Positions 1 through 9,200 are shown, numbered from the stretch's first letter. The stretch: 19,848 nucleotides of DNA from a virus (IMGVR_UViG_3300029571_000006), one strand, 5' to 3'. Program-made: numbers and translations. The notes: generated from the sequence alone by a model not told the origin.

Positions 1-204
1 CAGATAATCCAGTGCTGATCTGCCACCGGTTCTCTGACTCCACCACATCCATTTCCCATTTGATATTTTCAAACTATCGTGTGTTCTGGTAGTGTAGGTG
101 TTGCCAGAAAAGTGAACTAATTCGTATGGTTCATAATTTTTCAAGTACGTAAGCAAATCCATCCGCTTGACCTCCCGCACGACCGATGGTGGTATATATG
201 GCAT
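1..204 (-). CDS. 5' part of DUF3991/toprim (primase-like) ICE backbone protein, runs off the left edge
   Basis: Manual translation MPYIPPSVVREVKRMDLLTYLKNYEPYELVHFSGNTYTTRTHDSLKISNGKWMWWSQRTGGRSALDYL. The 'HDSLKIS..KW.WWS...GG..ALDYL' pattern is typical of these Clostridial ICE proteins. RBS AAAGGAG at 214-220; alternative ATG at 213. Confidence 0.75.
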   Translation of the reverse strand, partial: MPYIPPSVVREVKRMDLLTYLKNYEPYELVHFSGNTYTTRTHDSLKISNGKWMWWSQRTGGRSALDYL

Positions 205-262
205 AATTTTCATCTCCTTTCTTGCCTTAGATTGATATTATTGGGGATAATATCCGGGCATG

Positions 263-304
263 AAAATAGCCAGGTGATTCCTTGAGTTGGAACCATCTGG
301 CTAT
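263..304 (-). terminator. Intrinsic terminator-like hairpin after the SecB-like gene
   Basis: Minus strand ATAGCCAGATGGTTCC-loop-GGAATCACCTGGCTAT-TTT: a 16-bp stem with 2 imperfect pairs, followed by a short U tract. Confidence 0.6.
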
Positions 305-314
305 GTAAAAAACA

Positions 315-698
315 TTATTCGCTTTCTGTTTCTTCTTCAAATGGAGGTAAATCCACAACTGGTATCCCATACGCTTCAGTTACTTTTTTAACCGTCTTTC
401 TAAGTTCCGACAATGCAACCGGAAAGCATTTGAGTCGCACCTCTTCCTCGCTAATTTCATCACTATCTTTTTCGACTTCAAATCTAGATATCGTTTCTAA
501 AGTCAAATATAAACGTTCATCTGATTTTCCTAAATTCAACTTTAATTGAACAATCAAATATTTTGTTTTTCTCAAATCTTTTGGAATTAAAATTCCACCT
601 TCAACACTAACTTCTATATCTTTTTTCTTTTCTTTTTCCTTATTTTCAATAAAAGAAGCTGACTTCACATTATGTTGCACCAATTTAAAACTATTCAT
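315..698 (-). CDS. SecB-like chaperone (putative)
   Basis: 127 aa with alternating beta-strand patterns and a C-terminal helix 'FPVALSELRKTVKKVTEAYGIPVVDLPPF', matching the SecB-like P..R..I...T...G.P...LP signature. RBS GAGGTGG. Confidence 0.7.
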   Translation of the reverse strand: MNSFKLVQHNVKSASFIENKEKEKKKDIEVSVEGGILIPKDLRKTKYLIVQLKLNLGKSDERLYLTLETISRFEVEKDSDEISEEEVRLKCFPVALSELRKTVKKVTEAYGIPVVDLPPFEEETESE

Positions 699-710
699 TA
701 TTCCACCTCT

Positions 711-1286
711 CTATGCCAAGTTTACTTTTTGATTATGAATTGTTCCTATTGGATAACGAAATACATCTTTTGTATCCAAATCTATTTCTGAATCTTTTTC
801 CACCCTCAAGACACTCACAGCTTTATATCTTAAAATTAAAAATTTACTAATTTGTGGTTGAATAACATACTCAATATTTTTGTTTCTTTTTTGGAATTCA
901 ACAATTTCTTCTTCATATTCTCCTTCTTCTGCATCCATATACTCACCTACGGTTGGCAATACCTCATCAGGAATCTCACTAGATTTTTTTAATTCATATT
1001 CAACTTCTTTTCCATCATATTCAATCATAATTTTGTTATTTGTTACATTTAAAAACGCATCTCTGATAGTAATTTTATTTTCCAACAAATCAATTAAATT
1101 ATCATACGTTGTTCTTGTTCCAATCCATTTAATCTTTTCAGAATTTACCAAACAACAAATAAACAAGTATATATCTTTATCATTTTTGCATGTAAATAAC
1201 ACTGGATACTTACTTTCAAAAAGAATTGTATCTAAAATAACTTTTTGAAAATCCGGTATTTTTCTAAATATCTTTTCTATTTTCAT
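711..1286 (-). CDS. DUF6575-like protein, putative antitoxin with C-terminal extension
   Basis: 'ILFESKYPVLFTCKN...YLFIC....KWI...T....LIDLLENKITIRDAF...IPDEVLP..GEY' recalls DUF6575. Start reassigned to ATG 1286 (MKIEKIF), overlapping the upstream stop by 23 bp; the track start at 1346 overlaps much more deeply. Confidence 0.6.
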   Translation of the reverse strand: MKIEKIFRKIPDFQKVILDTILFESKYPVLFTCKNDKDIYLFICCLVNSEKIKWIGTRTTYDNLIDLLENKITIRDAFLNVTNNKIMIEYDGKEVEYELKKSSEIPDEVLPTVGEYMDAEEGEYEEEIVEFQKRNKNIEYVIQPQISKFLILRYKAVSVLRVEKDSEIDLDTKDVFRYPIGTIHNQKVNLA

Positions 1287-1716
1287 TTTCAAACACCTCA
1301 AATTCTCTATACGGCTCTGCATCTGTATATAACCACCAATCCACATGAGACCCTTTATATTTTATACCTAAATTTCGTTTCCATTCTTTAGTTTCCAAGC
1401 ATATTCCATGAGCAGGTTTTGTAACACCTTTCGCTATCACAAATGGAACTCCATAACGGCTATCCATTGCCATAAATCTTTTTACATCTCTAAATTTAAT
1501 ATAAGTCGATAATGAATATTCTTGTGGATCATGTTCATCACCATCTTTACTTATTTTGTATCCATTTTCTTCGAAACTATTCATAAACGATTCTCTATCA
1601 ACTTTTCCTGTTGCGCAAGCTCTAAATACCTCTAGTTCCTGCTCTCTTGCCCATTCAGGAATTTCAAAATTTTTGAAATATGAGGGAAACTTTTTTTCTG
1701 CTTGTTTATTATTCAT
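1264..1716 (-). CDS. Hypothetical protein, putative ADP-ribosyltransferase-fold toxin
   Basis: 150 aa with RBS GAGG. Motif order 'VFRA'...'SLSTY'...'SHVDWW' resembles the ART-fold R / S-x-S / third-strand arrangement. The ORF is solid; the function is an inference. Confidence 0.5.
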   Translation of the reverse strand: MNNKQAEKKFPSYFKNFEIPEWAREQELEVFRACATGKVDRESFMNSFEENGYKISKDGDEHDPQEYSLSTYIKFRDVKRFMAMDSRYGVPFVIAKGVTKPAHGICLETKEWKRNLGIKYKGSHVDWWLYTDAEPYREFEVFENENRKDI

Positions 1717-1762
1717 TCAATTCCTCAATTCATTAAATATATATCCTATAAACCTCTTTTTT

Positions 1763-1771
1763 ATTGTATCA
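1763..1771 (-). promoter_or_regulatory. Extended -10 promoter candidate (TGaTACAAT) for the three-gene operon
   Basis: TGN-TACAAT about 47 nt upstream of ATG 1716; no good -35. Confidence 0.45.
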
Positions 1772-1886
1772 TATCATATTAAAATATCTTTTTCTAGCAT
1801 CTGACTCCAAAAGATATCTAGCCCTTTTTACCAATATAATCAAAGAATCTTTCTAACAGTATTTTATCCAATTATATTTTTAGATT

Positions 1887-3749
1887 TTAGGGAATTAACC
1901 CTTTTCTTCCTACTGTTGAATCACCTGAAAAATGCAAATAATTTATTTTTGTTTTTACAGTACTACTTGGTTCCTCATTATCGAATATTATAATTTGTCC
2001 ATTCTTTTGTTCTGCCAACATTTCATAAAATTTCTCTTTTGTTCCTTTTGTTATAGTTTCATCATCCCCATCTTTTTTATCCTTCTCTTTGTATGTTGTT
2101 AATGGCGAATCCAAAACAACAATGCCTGGATGACACAAATTCCTTTTATAGCAATAATTCATTATTCCTATTAAAAATGTTGAATTAATTATTGCTCTAG
2201 CTCCTTTTCCATAAGAAGCTTTTTCTTTTTCTCCAACTTCTACATCCTCTGTAGCATTATTGTATTTTATTTTCCCCTCTTTGCCAATAAAATCACACCC
2301 TTGTAATAAAAATTTAATTTCCTTACAAAGTTCATTTGTATATGCCTCAGGTAAGTCTTCTATTTTCTTTCTTTTCTCTTGTCCTGTACTGTCTATTTTT
2401 TCTTGCCATTTACTAATTTCTGTATTATATTTGTTTATTCTTTTTTCATTTCTTGTTATTAAATTTATTCTTTCTTGTGCATCCATCAATTCTTGAACCT
2501 TTTTCACTTTCTCTGCTACTATCGGTCCTAAGTTATTATTTAGGTTATCTGTAATTTCTTCTTTATAATTTTCCAATTTACTAATACGCTGTTTTTTGCT
2601 TATTATTTCATCAGATAAATCTTTTATTGTCTCATCTAATTCTGCTAATTGAACTTCAATTTTTATCTTTTCTGTTGCTAATGCCTCATAATAATCATCT
2701 GATTTTTCCATCTCATTAACCTTCATAGGTGAATGACATATTGGACATTCTACCTCTACCAATTGTTGCGTCAAATCAAATGCATCATAAATAAACTCTA
2801 ATCGCTCAAGATCAGACAAATAATTTTTCTTCAACAAAACAAATTTGTTATTATTATTTAATAAATGCTTTAGTTCTGTATTTTTTATTTCAATCTCTGT
2901 TTGAATTTCTTTATAATCTAATTCATACTTCTTAATTTCTTCACTTTTTTCCTTTATAAATTTATTTAATTCAATAATCTCTATACTTTTCTCTGTATTT
3001 ATATCTTCCGTATCTTTTATCAACTCATTGTTTTCTATACGAATTTCATCAATAATTTGGCTTAATTGTTCTATCTTACCTTTTAATTTTGCCTTTATAA
3101 TTTCAGTATTTTCTTTTTTCTCTTCTTTTTTATAATCAATTCCCGATATAACTGTTTTAAAAGCCGTTCTTGCAGGTGTTGCAAAAGTACTTCCCCTAGA
3201 ATCTGTATGATAAATCGGAGAATGTCTTGCCGTAATTCTTAATTCATTAATCATAATTAATGGACTGAAGGATCTAAATGTAAAGGCTCGCGTATCTCCT
3301 TTTGTATTCTTCATCACATATTTGTATGTACAATCACAACAATTCAATAATTTTTTAGACAAGCTTTTTTTTGCATTATGAGTTACAGATAATTTTTCTA
3401 CCTCCGCTGCATCTTTCTCCTGATAATTGCTATAATAAATAAATATTTCGTTTTTTTCATCTTCAGAAAAATTTCGTTTTAATGTAAATATTTCTTCCTG
3501 CCCAATATCTTCAATTTCAAGGAAAACACTCCGATAGCCTTTCATTTCTGGAACTGTTTTAGGATTGGAAGATGAACCCAATGCAAAATCAATACATTCA
3601 AAAGCAAACGATTTTCCTGTATCAGATGCTCCCGCAATAACATTTAATCCACCTTTGAAATTAATAATTGCATCTTTTTTATTTTCCCCGGCCAAAATTA
3701 ATTTTGTCAACTTCAACCTTCCCTGCATTCTACTTTTCATTTTTTTCAA
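1887..3749 (-). CDS. SMC/Rad50-like ABC ATPase of a Lamassu/ABC-three-component system (LmuB-like)
   Basis: Walker A GASDTGKS, long coiled coils with a central CPIC zinc hook, signature-like SYGKG, Walker B VVLDSP; last gene of three overlapping genes. Confidence 0.85.
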   Translation of the reverse strand: MKKMKSRMQGRLKLTKLILAGENKKDAIINFKGGLNVIAGASDTGKSFAFECIDFALGSSSNPKTVPEMKGYRSVFLEIEDIGQEEIFTLKRNFSEDEKNEIFIYYSNYQEKDAAEVEKLSVTHNAKKSLSKKLLNCCDCTYKYVMKNTKGDTRAFTFRSFSPLIMINELRITARHSPIYHTDSRGSTFATPARTAFKTVISGIDYKKEEKKENTEIIKAKLKGKIEQLSQIIDEIRIENNELIKDTEDINTEKSIEIIELNKFIKEKSEEIKKYELDYKEIQTEIEIKNTELKHLLNNNNKFVLLKKNYLSDLERLEFIYDAFDLTQQLVEVECPICHSPMKVNEMEKSDDYYEALATEKIKIEVQLAELDETIKDLSDEIISKKQRISKLENYKEEITDNLNNNLGPIVAEKVKKVQELMDAQERINLITRNEKRINKYNTEISKWQEKIDSTGQEKRKKIEDLPEAYTNELCKEIKFLLQGCDFIGKEGKIKYNNATEDVEVGEKEKASYGKGARAIINSTFLIGIMNYCYKRNLCHPGIVVLDSPLTTYKEKDKKDGDDETITKGTKEKFYEMLAEQKNGQIIIFDNEEPSSTVKTKINYLHFSGDSTVGRKGLIP

Positions 3750-4197
3750 ATTCCCCTATCCATTTTCCTATGTTTTTATTTACATAATTTCTGATTTTAT
3801 CTTCATTCATTTTTGAAAATATTTTGTCTACCTCTGTTACGTAATACTGGTACTTTTTCGTATATTCATTGTTAAACATATCTACTATTTTATTTCCCAG
3901 ATTTGTATTTTGATACTTTATCCCTTGAGAATTATATTGCGGCTCAATCAATCCCTTACCGATTAAAAAATTTATTGCATTTTCAATAGTATGTCTTTTA
4001 ATAATAATTTCTGCCGAATGATTAGGATTAGACGGATGCAAACTCTCCCCTGTCTTTTTTAAATCACTAAAATGTAATGAAAAATAATCATAATATCCAA
4101 TTCTTTCTATCGAGTAAGTTTCTTTCACAATTTGTAAAATCAATAATATTCTGCAACCAATTTCTTGATTAGTATTATATATTTTCATCAATATCAC
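3730..4197 (-). CDS. ABC-three-component middle component (LmuC-like, wHTH-type)
   Basis: 155 aa (start may be 4188) with 'YYDYF....SD.....SLHP..P....EI..KR..I..AI.FL..KGLI'; overlaps both neighbours. Confidence 0.75.
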   Translation of the reverse strand: MILMKIYNTNQEIGCRILLILQIVKETYSIERIGYYDYFSLHFSDLKKTGESLHPSNPNHSAEIIIKRHTIENAINFLIGKGLIEPQYNSQGIKYQNTNLGNKIVDMFNNEYTKKYQYYVTEVDKIFSKMNEDKIRNYVNKNIGKWIGEFEKNEK

Positions 4198-5266
4198 TCC
4201 AAATTATTTTTTCATCATTGACAAGTTCGTGACACATGCCCGTTTTATCGTAAATAGTAACATCTTTTATTTCTTCGCAACTAATACCTAAAGAATTTGC
4301 TTGCTTAGTTGTTTCTTTTACTCTCTCTAATTCGCTTGAATATTCATTTTCATAAACATCCATTATTCCAAATTCAACCTGACCTTTTAAAGAGTTATAG
4401 CTATCTTCATTAAGTAATTCATCTCTTGCAAATCTTTTTAATGATTGTGCTGAAAAAAATCCTTCTCTCTGTCTCATAAAATGTTTATACAATTTTTGAT
4501 TATTTTTTAAGTCCTCTTGCGTTTCGTATACTTGTCCTGCTTCTTTTGAATACACTTTTAATAACTGTTTTACATATGGCATAGTTTTTTCTGACTTTTT
4601 CAATTGTTCAGAAGGCTTTTCAAATGTTGGTCTTTTTTTTATTCCACCACCAAAATGGTATTTATACCATGGTGATTTACTGAACTCATCAAGCAGTGTA
4701 ATTGGTGCTATATCTGAAACTATAGAAAAATCGAATTCCTCTATATATTTTCTTAAACTGTCTGTCATTTTTATGCCTTCAGCTATAATCTGTCTTTTTT
4801 TTCCACATTTTTCATCCCATATATTTATTAATTCAGTATTAATTTGTTTTGGATGCTCTATTAATTTTCTTAATGACTGACCAATTCCATTACTTGCTAC
4901 AATATAATATTTGTTGGGAACTGCATATTCTCCTATATATGTATAATAGCAAAGTTTTCCAAATTCAATCATATATGTCGATGGTGATAATGGTTTTTCA
5001 TATCGCTTACATTGATATATATCAAACTTTTGCATGTTATCATCTATATATGCCACCAGATCTCTTCCTGAGTCACCTGATCCTCCTAATAATGCAACAT
5101 TACTATACTTTTTTTCTTTTCTCAAACATGAATATGCCCATTCTCCAACAACTCTTTCAAATTCATCTTCTCCCATAGTTTTTAGTCTTAACTGTGGTTC
5201 TGTTGTATCAAATATCCTCGATGTATTCTTTGGTCTTTCAGGAGAGGATAACGGCTGTGTTTTCAT
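4175..5266 (-). CDS. Lamassu/ABC-3C effector: Mrr-like PD-(D/E)xK nuclease plus C-terminal ABC-3C domain (LmuA-like)
   Basis: 'FERVV...GDSGRDLVAY...IYQCKRY' is an Mrr-type E..D..D..QxK motif. C-terminal 'GMCHELVND.KI.W' is typical of ABC-3C C-terminal domains. Start at 5266 follows RBS GAAAGGG (track start 5296). Confidence 0.8.
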   Translation of the reverse strand: MKTQPLSSPERPKNTSRIFDTTEPQLRLKTMGEDEFERVVGEWAYSCLRKEKKYSNVALLGGSGDSGRDLVAYIDDNMQKFDIYQCKRYEKPLSPSTYMIEFGKLCYYTYIGEYAVPNKYYIVASNGIGQSLRKLIEHPKQINTELINIWDEKCGKKRQIIAEGIKMTDSLRKYIEEFDFSIVSDIAPITLLDEFSKSPWYKYHFGGGIKKRPTFEKPSEQLKKSEKTMPYVKQLLKVYSKEAGQVYETQEDLKNNQKLYKHFMRQREGFFSAQSLKRFARDELLNEDSYNSLKGQVEFGIMDVYENEYSSELERVKETTKQANSLGISCEEIKDVTIYDKTGMCHELVNDEKIIWSDIDENI

Positions 5267-5317
5267 AATATAACCCTTTCGCTCTAGCACAATCATACAA
5301 TACTTATTCTAAGTTAT

Positions 5318-5326
5318 ATTTTACCA
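5318..5326 (-). promoter_or_regulatory. Extended -10 promoter candidate (TGgTAAAAT) for the Mrr-Lamassu operon
   Basis: TGN-TAAAAT directly downstream of the radC terminator and upstream of the effector gene. Confidence 0.45.
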
Positions 5327-5347
5327 CCATACTATATAATTCTCCAT

Positions 5348-5393
5348 AAAAATATCTACCATCACCGAACCTGTTATCGATAATAGTAGATAT
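5348..5393 (-). terminator. Intrinsic terminator after radC
   Basis: ATATCTACTATTATCGA-8 nt loop-TCGGTGATGGTAGATAT-TTTT: a 17-bp stem whose three imperfect positions are all G:U on the minus strand. Confidence 0.7.
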
Positions 5394-5403
5394 CTTGTTT
5401 ATT

Positions 5404-5883
5404 CTATAATTCTCTCTCCCAATCCATCCTTCCTGTCACATTCAACAGCTTTTCTTCTCGGAAGCTGAGCATCTTTCCATTAGTTCCACCGACAATGATA
5501 TGATCCAGCAATTCTATCCCCAATAGCTGTCCGCACTTCTGCAGCTTTCTCGTAACAATCATATCCTCTTTTGATGGTTTCACATTACCACTGGGATGAT
5601 TATGAAGTCCAATGATTGCAGAAGCATTTGCCAGAATACTGCTCTTAAAAACTTCTCTGGGAATTACCAAAGATGCATTGATTGTTCCAACACTGACCAG
5701 ATTCATATTGATTACCTGTCCATTATTTTTCATATTCAAGATGCAAAATACCTCTCTGTCATATTGAGATAACTCCTTCGCCATCAATTCTACAACAGCC
5801 TGTGGACTGTCCAATATCTGCTCACTATAAAGAGATGGTTCTTTTACCAAACGGATATTCACAACTTCCAATTCATTCTCCAT
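5404..5883 (-). CDS. radC: RadC-family JAB/MPN domain protein (JAB domain only)
   Basis: 'DREVF...VSVGTINASLVIPREVFK...HNHPSG..KPS.ED...T......G.LLGIELLDHIIVG' is the canonical RadC JAB motif. Confidence 0.92.
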   Translation of the reverse strand: MENELEVVNIRLVKEPSLYSEQILDSPQAVVELMAKELSQYDREVFCILNMKNNGQVINMNLVSVGTINASLVIPREVFKSSILANASAIIGLHNHPSGNVKPSKEDMIVTRKLQKCGQLLGIELLDHIIVGGTNGKMLSFREEKLLNVTGRMDWEREL

Positions 5884-5998
5884 TGTTCTGATCTCCTTTT
5901 GGAAATTCTACAACTAGAAGAACATTACTTTCTGAAGATTCCACATATGCTTTCAATTGTGATAATGTCATTTCCAAATATTTAGGTTGTTCCACCAT
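5873..5998 (-). CDS. Small 41-aa hypothetical protein (not in the ORF track)
   Basis: MVEQPKYLEMTLSQLKAYVESSESNVLLVVEFPKGDQNNGE*. It has RBS AAGGAG and overlaps both the upstream stop and the radC start, suggesting translational coupling. Confidence 0.55.
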   Translation of the reverse strand: MVEQPKYLEMTLSQLKAYVESSESNVLLVVEFPKGDQNNGE

Positions 5999-6230
5999 AA
6001 TCTGCTCCTTTCGTTTCTTCCCTTGCTTCTGTTTTCTCTGACAAATAGCTTATCACTTTGTTTGCCTTAATGCTTTTCTGTAACTCACTGATAATGCACA
6101 GGTCTGCTACATTTACTCCTGGCAAAGCAAGCATTTCATCCATCGTCATATTGACAATCTCTTTCTCCGTTCCGTATCCGGCATCAAATAAACGCTGTAA
6201 TACTTTTATTGCTTTCTGATTCTTTCCCAT
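5982..6230 (-). CDS. Small helix-hairpin-helix-like hypothetical protein
   Basis: 'LQRLFDAGYGTEKEIVNMTMDEMLALPGVNVAD' resembles the HhH pattern (s.eEL..ipGig.k). Start uncertain (6230 preferred over 6296). Confidence 0.6.
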   Translation of the reverse strand: MGKNQKAIKVLQRLFDAGYGTEKEIVNMTMDEMLALPGVNVADLCIISELQKSIKANKVISYLSEKTEAREETKGADYGGTT

Positions 6231-6267
6231 TTCAATATCAAAGGGCAGCTTATCGCCGCCCTCTGTT

Positions 6268-9200
6268 TTACTCCTTCTCTTCTTTCTTTTCTTCAATTCC
6301 TAATCTCTTAACCTGCTTCTTTTTATTCCAGATACGAACTCCCGTGATTCCGGCTGCCGATAATAACAGAATGGCTATCCATAAAACTGCATTCGCAGTA
6401 TCGCCCGTTTTTGGAGGATTACTTGTCTTTGTAATAGTACCCGGTGTCTCTGGAGTTGATGTTTCCGGTACTTCTTTGATAGTTACGGTCTGACCTTCAT
6501 TGTCAATATCCTTATGCTCTGTTACCTTTTTCGGTTCTTCCGGATTTGTCATATCATACAGTTCTTCAAAGGTTACAAGCTGCTTTCCTCCAAGCGTGCT
6601 GCCGTTGAAAGTAAACTCAATCTGCACTTCCATGTTTTCCTTGTCCGCTGTAAATTCATAATCATTGGTAACCTCTTTGCCATCAATGAGCAACTTGGCA
6701 TTTTCTGCCTTAACCATCTGCCAACCGGACAACTTATAGTTCGTACCAATTTCCAATCCCTCTAAAGTAACCGTATCCACAATCGTCAGATCTTTTCCGG
6801 CTTCCACCTCTTTCTTACCGTTCTTATCCGTTGCTGTGGTATGAATCGAAATCTTTCGCTCCGTAATCAGGACGGTCTGACCTTCATCGTCAATGTCCTT
6901 ATGCTCTGCAACTTTTACAGGTTCTTCCGGATTCTTCAGATCGTATAATTCTTCAAATGTAACCAGATTCTGTCCGCCAAGTTCTGATGCATCAAACATA
7001 TAAGAAATTTCTACCTTCATTTTTTCATTGTCAGCAACAAAGGTATAATCACTCTCCACACACTTTCCATCAATGAGCAGTTCTGCATTTTCCTCTTTCA
7101 GCATCTGCCAGCCTTTTAACTGATATTTTCTTCCTTCTTCCAGACCGTCCAGAGTAACCGTATCTACAATCGTTACTTTCTTTCCTGCAACAATTATTTT
7201 TTCGCCCGTTTCTTTATCCGTTGCTGTTGTATGAATAGTAATCTCTTTTTCATACTCATCGGTCAGTGTTCCAAGGTCGATGGTTACTTTATTTCTGCTG
7301 ACAACAACTTCAAATGCTGGAATCAATTTCATACCGTTGTTGGATTCACAAGCTAACTCCTCAATCTCATAAGTGTCATAAAGTAATGCACCTTTGCTGT
7401 CGTCCGGCTCAGAAGTTCCGAACCAGATTCCGTCCTCACTGGATTTCCCGGCATTTGTATTTCTCTTATGTGATGCCCAATTGGAAGCTGTTGAAAACTG
7501 ACCATTTTTATCTGTCACTACGATATGGCTCTCTCCGGTTGTTTTACTGGTAATCTTAAAGGGAACATTTGCAAGTCTCTTATGTGTACCTGCTTCAATC
7601 TTTACGCTTTCCAAATCTCCACGTTTAATCTGGTTGTAAATGGAATGACTTTCATCTGTTAAATCCACGATTTTTTCCATTTTCCGTAATCGAAAATTCA
7701 ATCGCATTTGCCCCATCAGTCAGATAACCTTCCGGTGCTTTGGTTTCTTCCAGTTTGTATTTACCATACGGAAGTAAATCGGCCATCGTTGTTGCAATTC
7801 CGCCAATCCCCGTCTGAATCATCTTAACTGTCTCGTTCTTTTTGTACAGCTTTCCTTCTACCAGAACCAGATTTTCGTTCAAAGAAATAATCGCAAATGC
7901 TGTATCTTTTAATGTGGCACTTCCCTGTGCTTTGGTATCTTTTGTCTCTAAATCACGTTTCTGAATCTTCACCCCACCTCGGATTACCTGATCAGATACG
8001 GAATACTGATTGCTTCCGGAAAGAACTGCAAGTTCTCCGTCCTCTGTGATCTGTGTCAGATACATTTCTTTGATCTGCTCTGTACTGTCCCCTGCCTGCA
8101 TATAAGCTCCGTCTAGTAAGTATCCGTCTGGTGCTTTTGTCTCCTCAACAGTCAGTGTTCCAAGTGGTAATACGCTTTTTTCATTCTGGGTGTAAAATGC
8201 ATCCCCGGATACTTTGTAAGCATCTGCCAGTTTTGTCACATAATGAACAGTTCCATTATTGTCTTTTTCAACTACCGTCTTTGTAACCCAGGTACGTGTT
8301 GCTTTCTCTGGTAAATTGTCTTTTGTATAAAGTCCGTCATAATAATGCCAGGTAAACTCTGCTCCTGCCAGTGCTGCATCCCCCTGTGCGGTTGCTTTTC
8401 CCGTCTCCATATCAATCTTGAACAGGTCTACCAATGTCTCTGTCACTTTCGGAACATCGGAAACATTTAATACGACTGTCTTTCCTGCTTCAACTTTCAG
8501 ACTGTGTACTGTCGTATCCAGCTTATATCCCTTCGGTCCAGAAAATTCTTTGATATAAACAGTCCCTGCAGTCACTTCAACTTCATTTGTCTCACCATTC
8601 TCATTTGTTGTAAGTGTTCCAATCTGATTACTGCAATTCTGGTCTGAGAATATGCCAAAGGTTGCTCCGGCAATGGAATACATTGCATTTGCTTTTGTGA
8701 TACTTTCATTTGCTGTGATCTTTTTTACCTTCGCATTTCCGACATTCAGTTCTGCCCAAAACTGTCCGAGATCCTGTCCCTCTCCAGTATAGATATATCC
8801 GCCACATTTATAACGACCTTTGTTTGCCTGTACAAATGCTCTCGCCCCTGTATACACTTCATTCTGAATATCCTGTGAAATCTCAGAATATGCAGCTCGG
8901 ACATTATCACACTGCCAGCCTAAATACTCACTCAGTCTCTGCCATACTACACACTGTTCCAACAGATATCCCTGATTCGCATTCAGGTTGCTGTGACTGC
9001 CCCTATACTGCTTTACATACTCCAACGACAATGCCACATCTTCAATCTGTGCAGCACTCATACTGGAACTCGCATCGTGTCTGATTTTATACCCATTTTT
9101 AAATCCGGTGTTAATATCTACACAATAGGCTGTTTCGCCCTCCACTTTCATGTGACCTTCATTGAATGTCGAATGAATGGTTCCATCATTCATCACATGT

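Noticed and set aside
6268..7716. Independent 482-aa surface protein
   Set aside because: No signal peptide and it starts mid-domain; it is the frameshifted second half of the adhesin.
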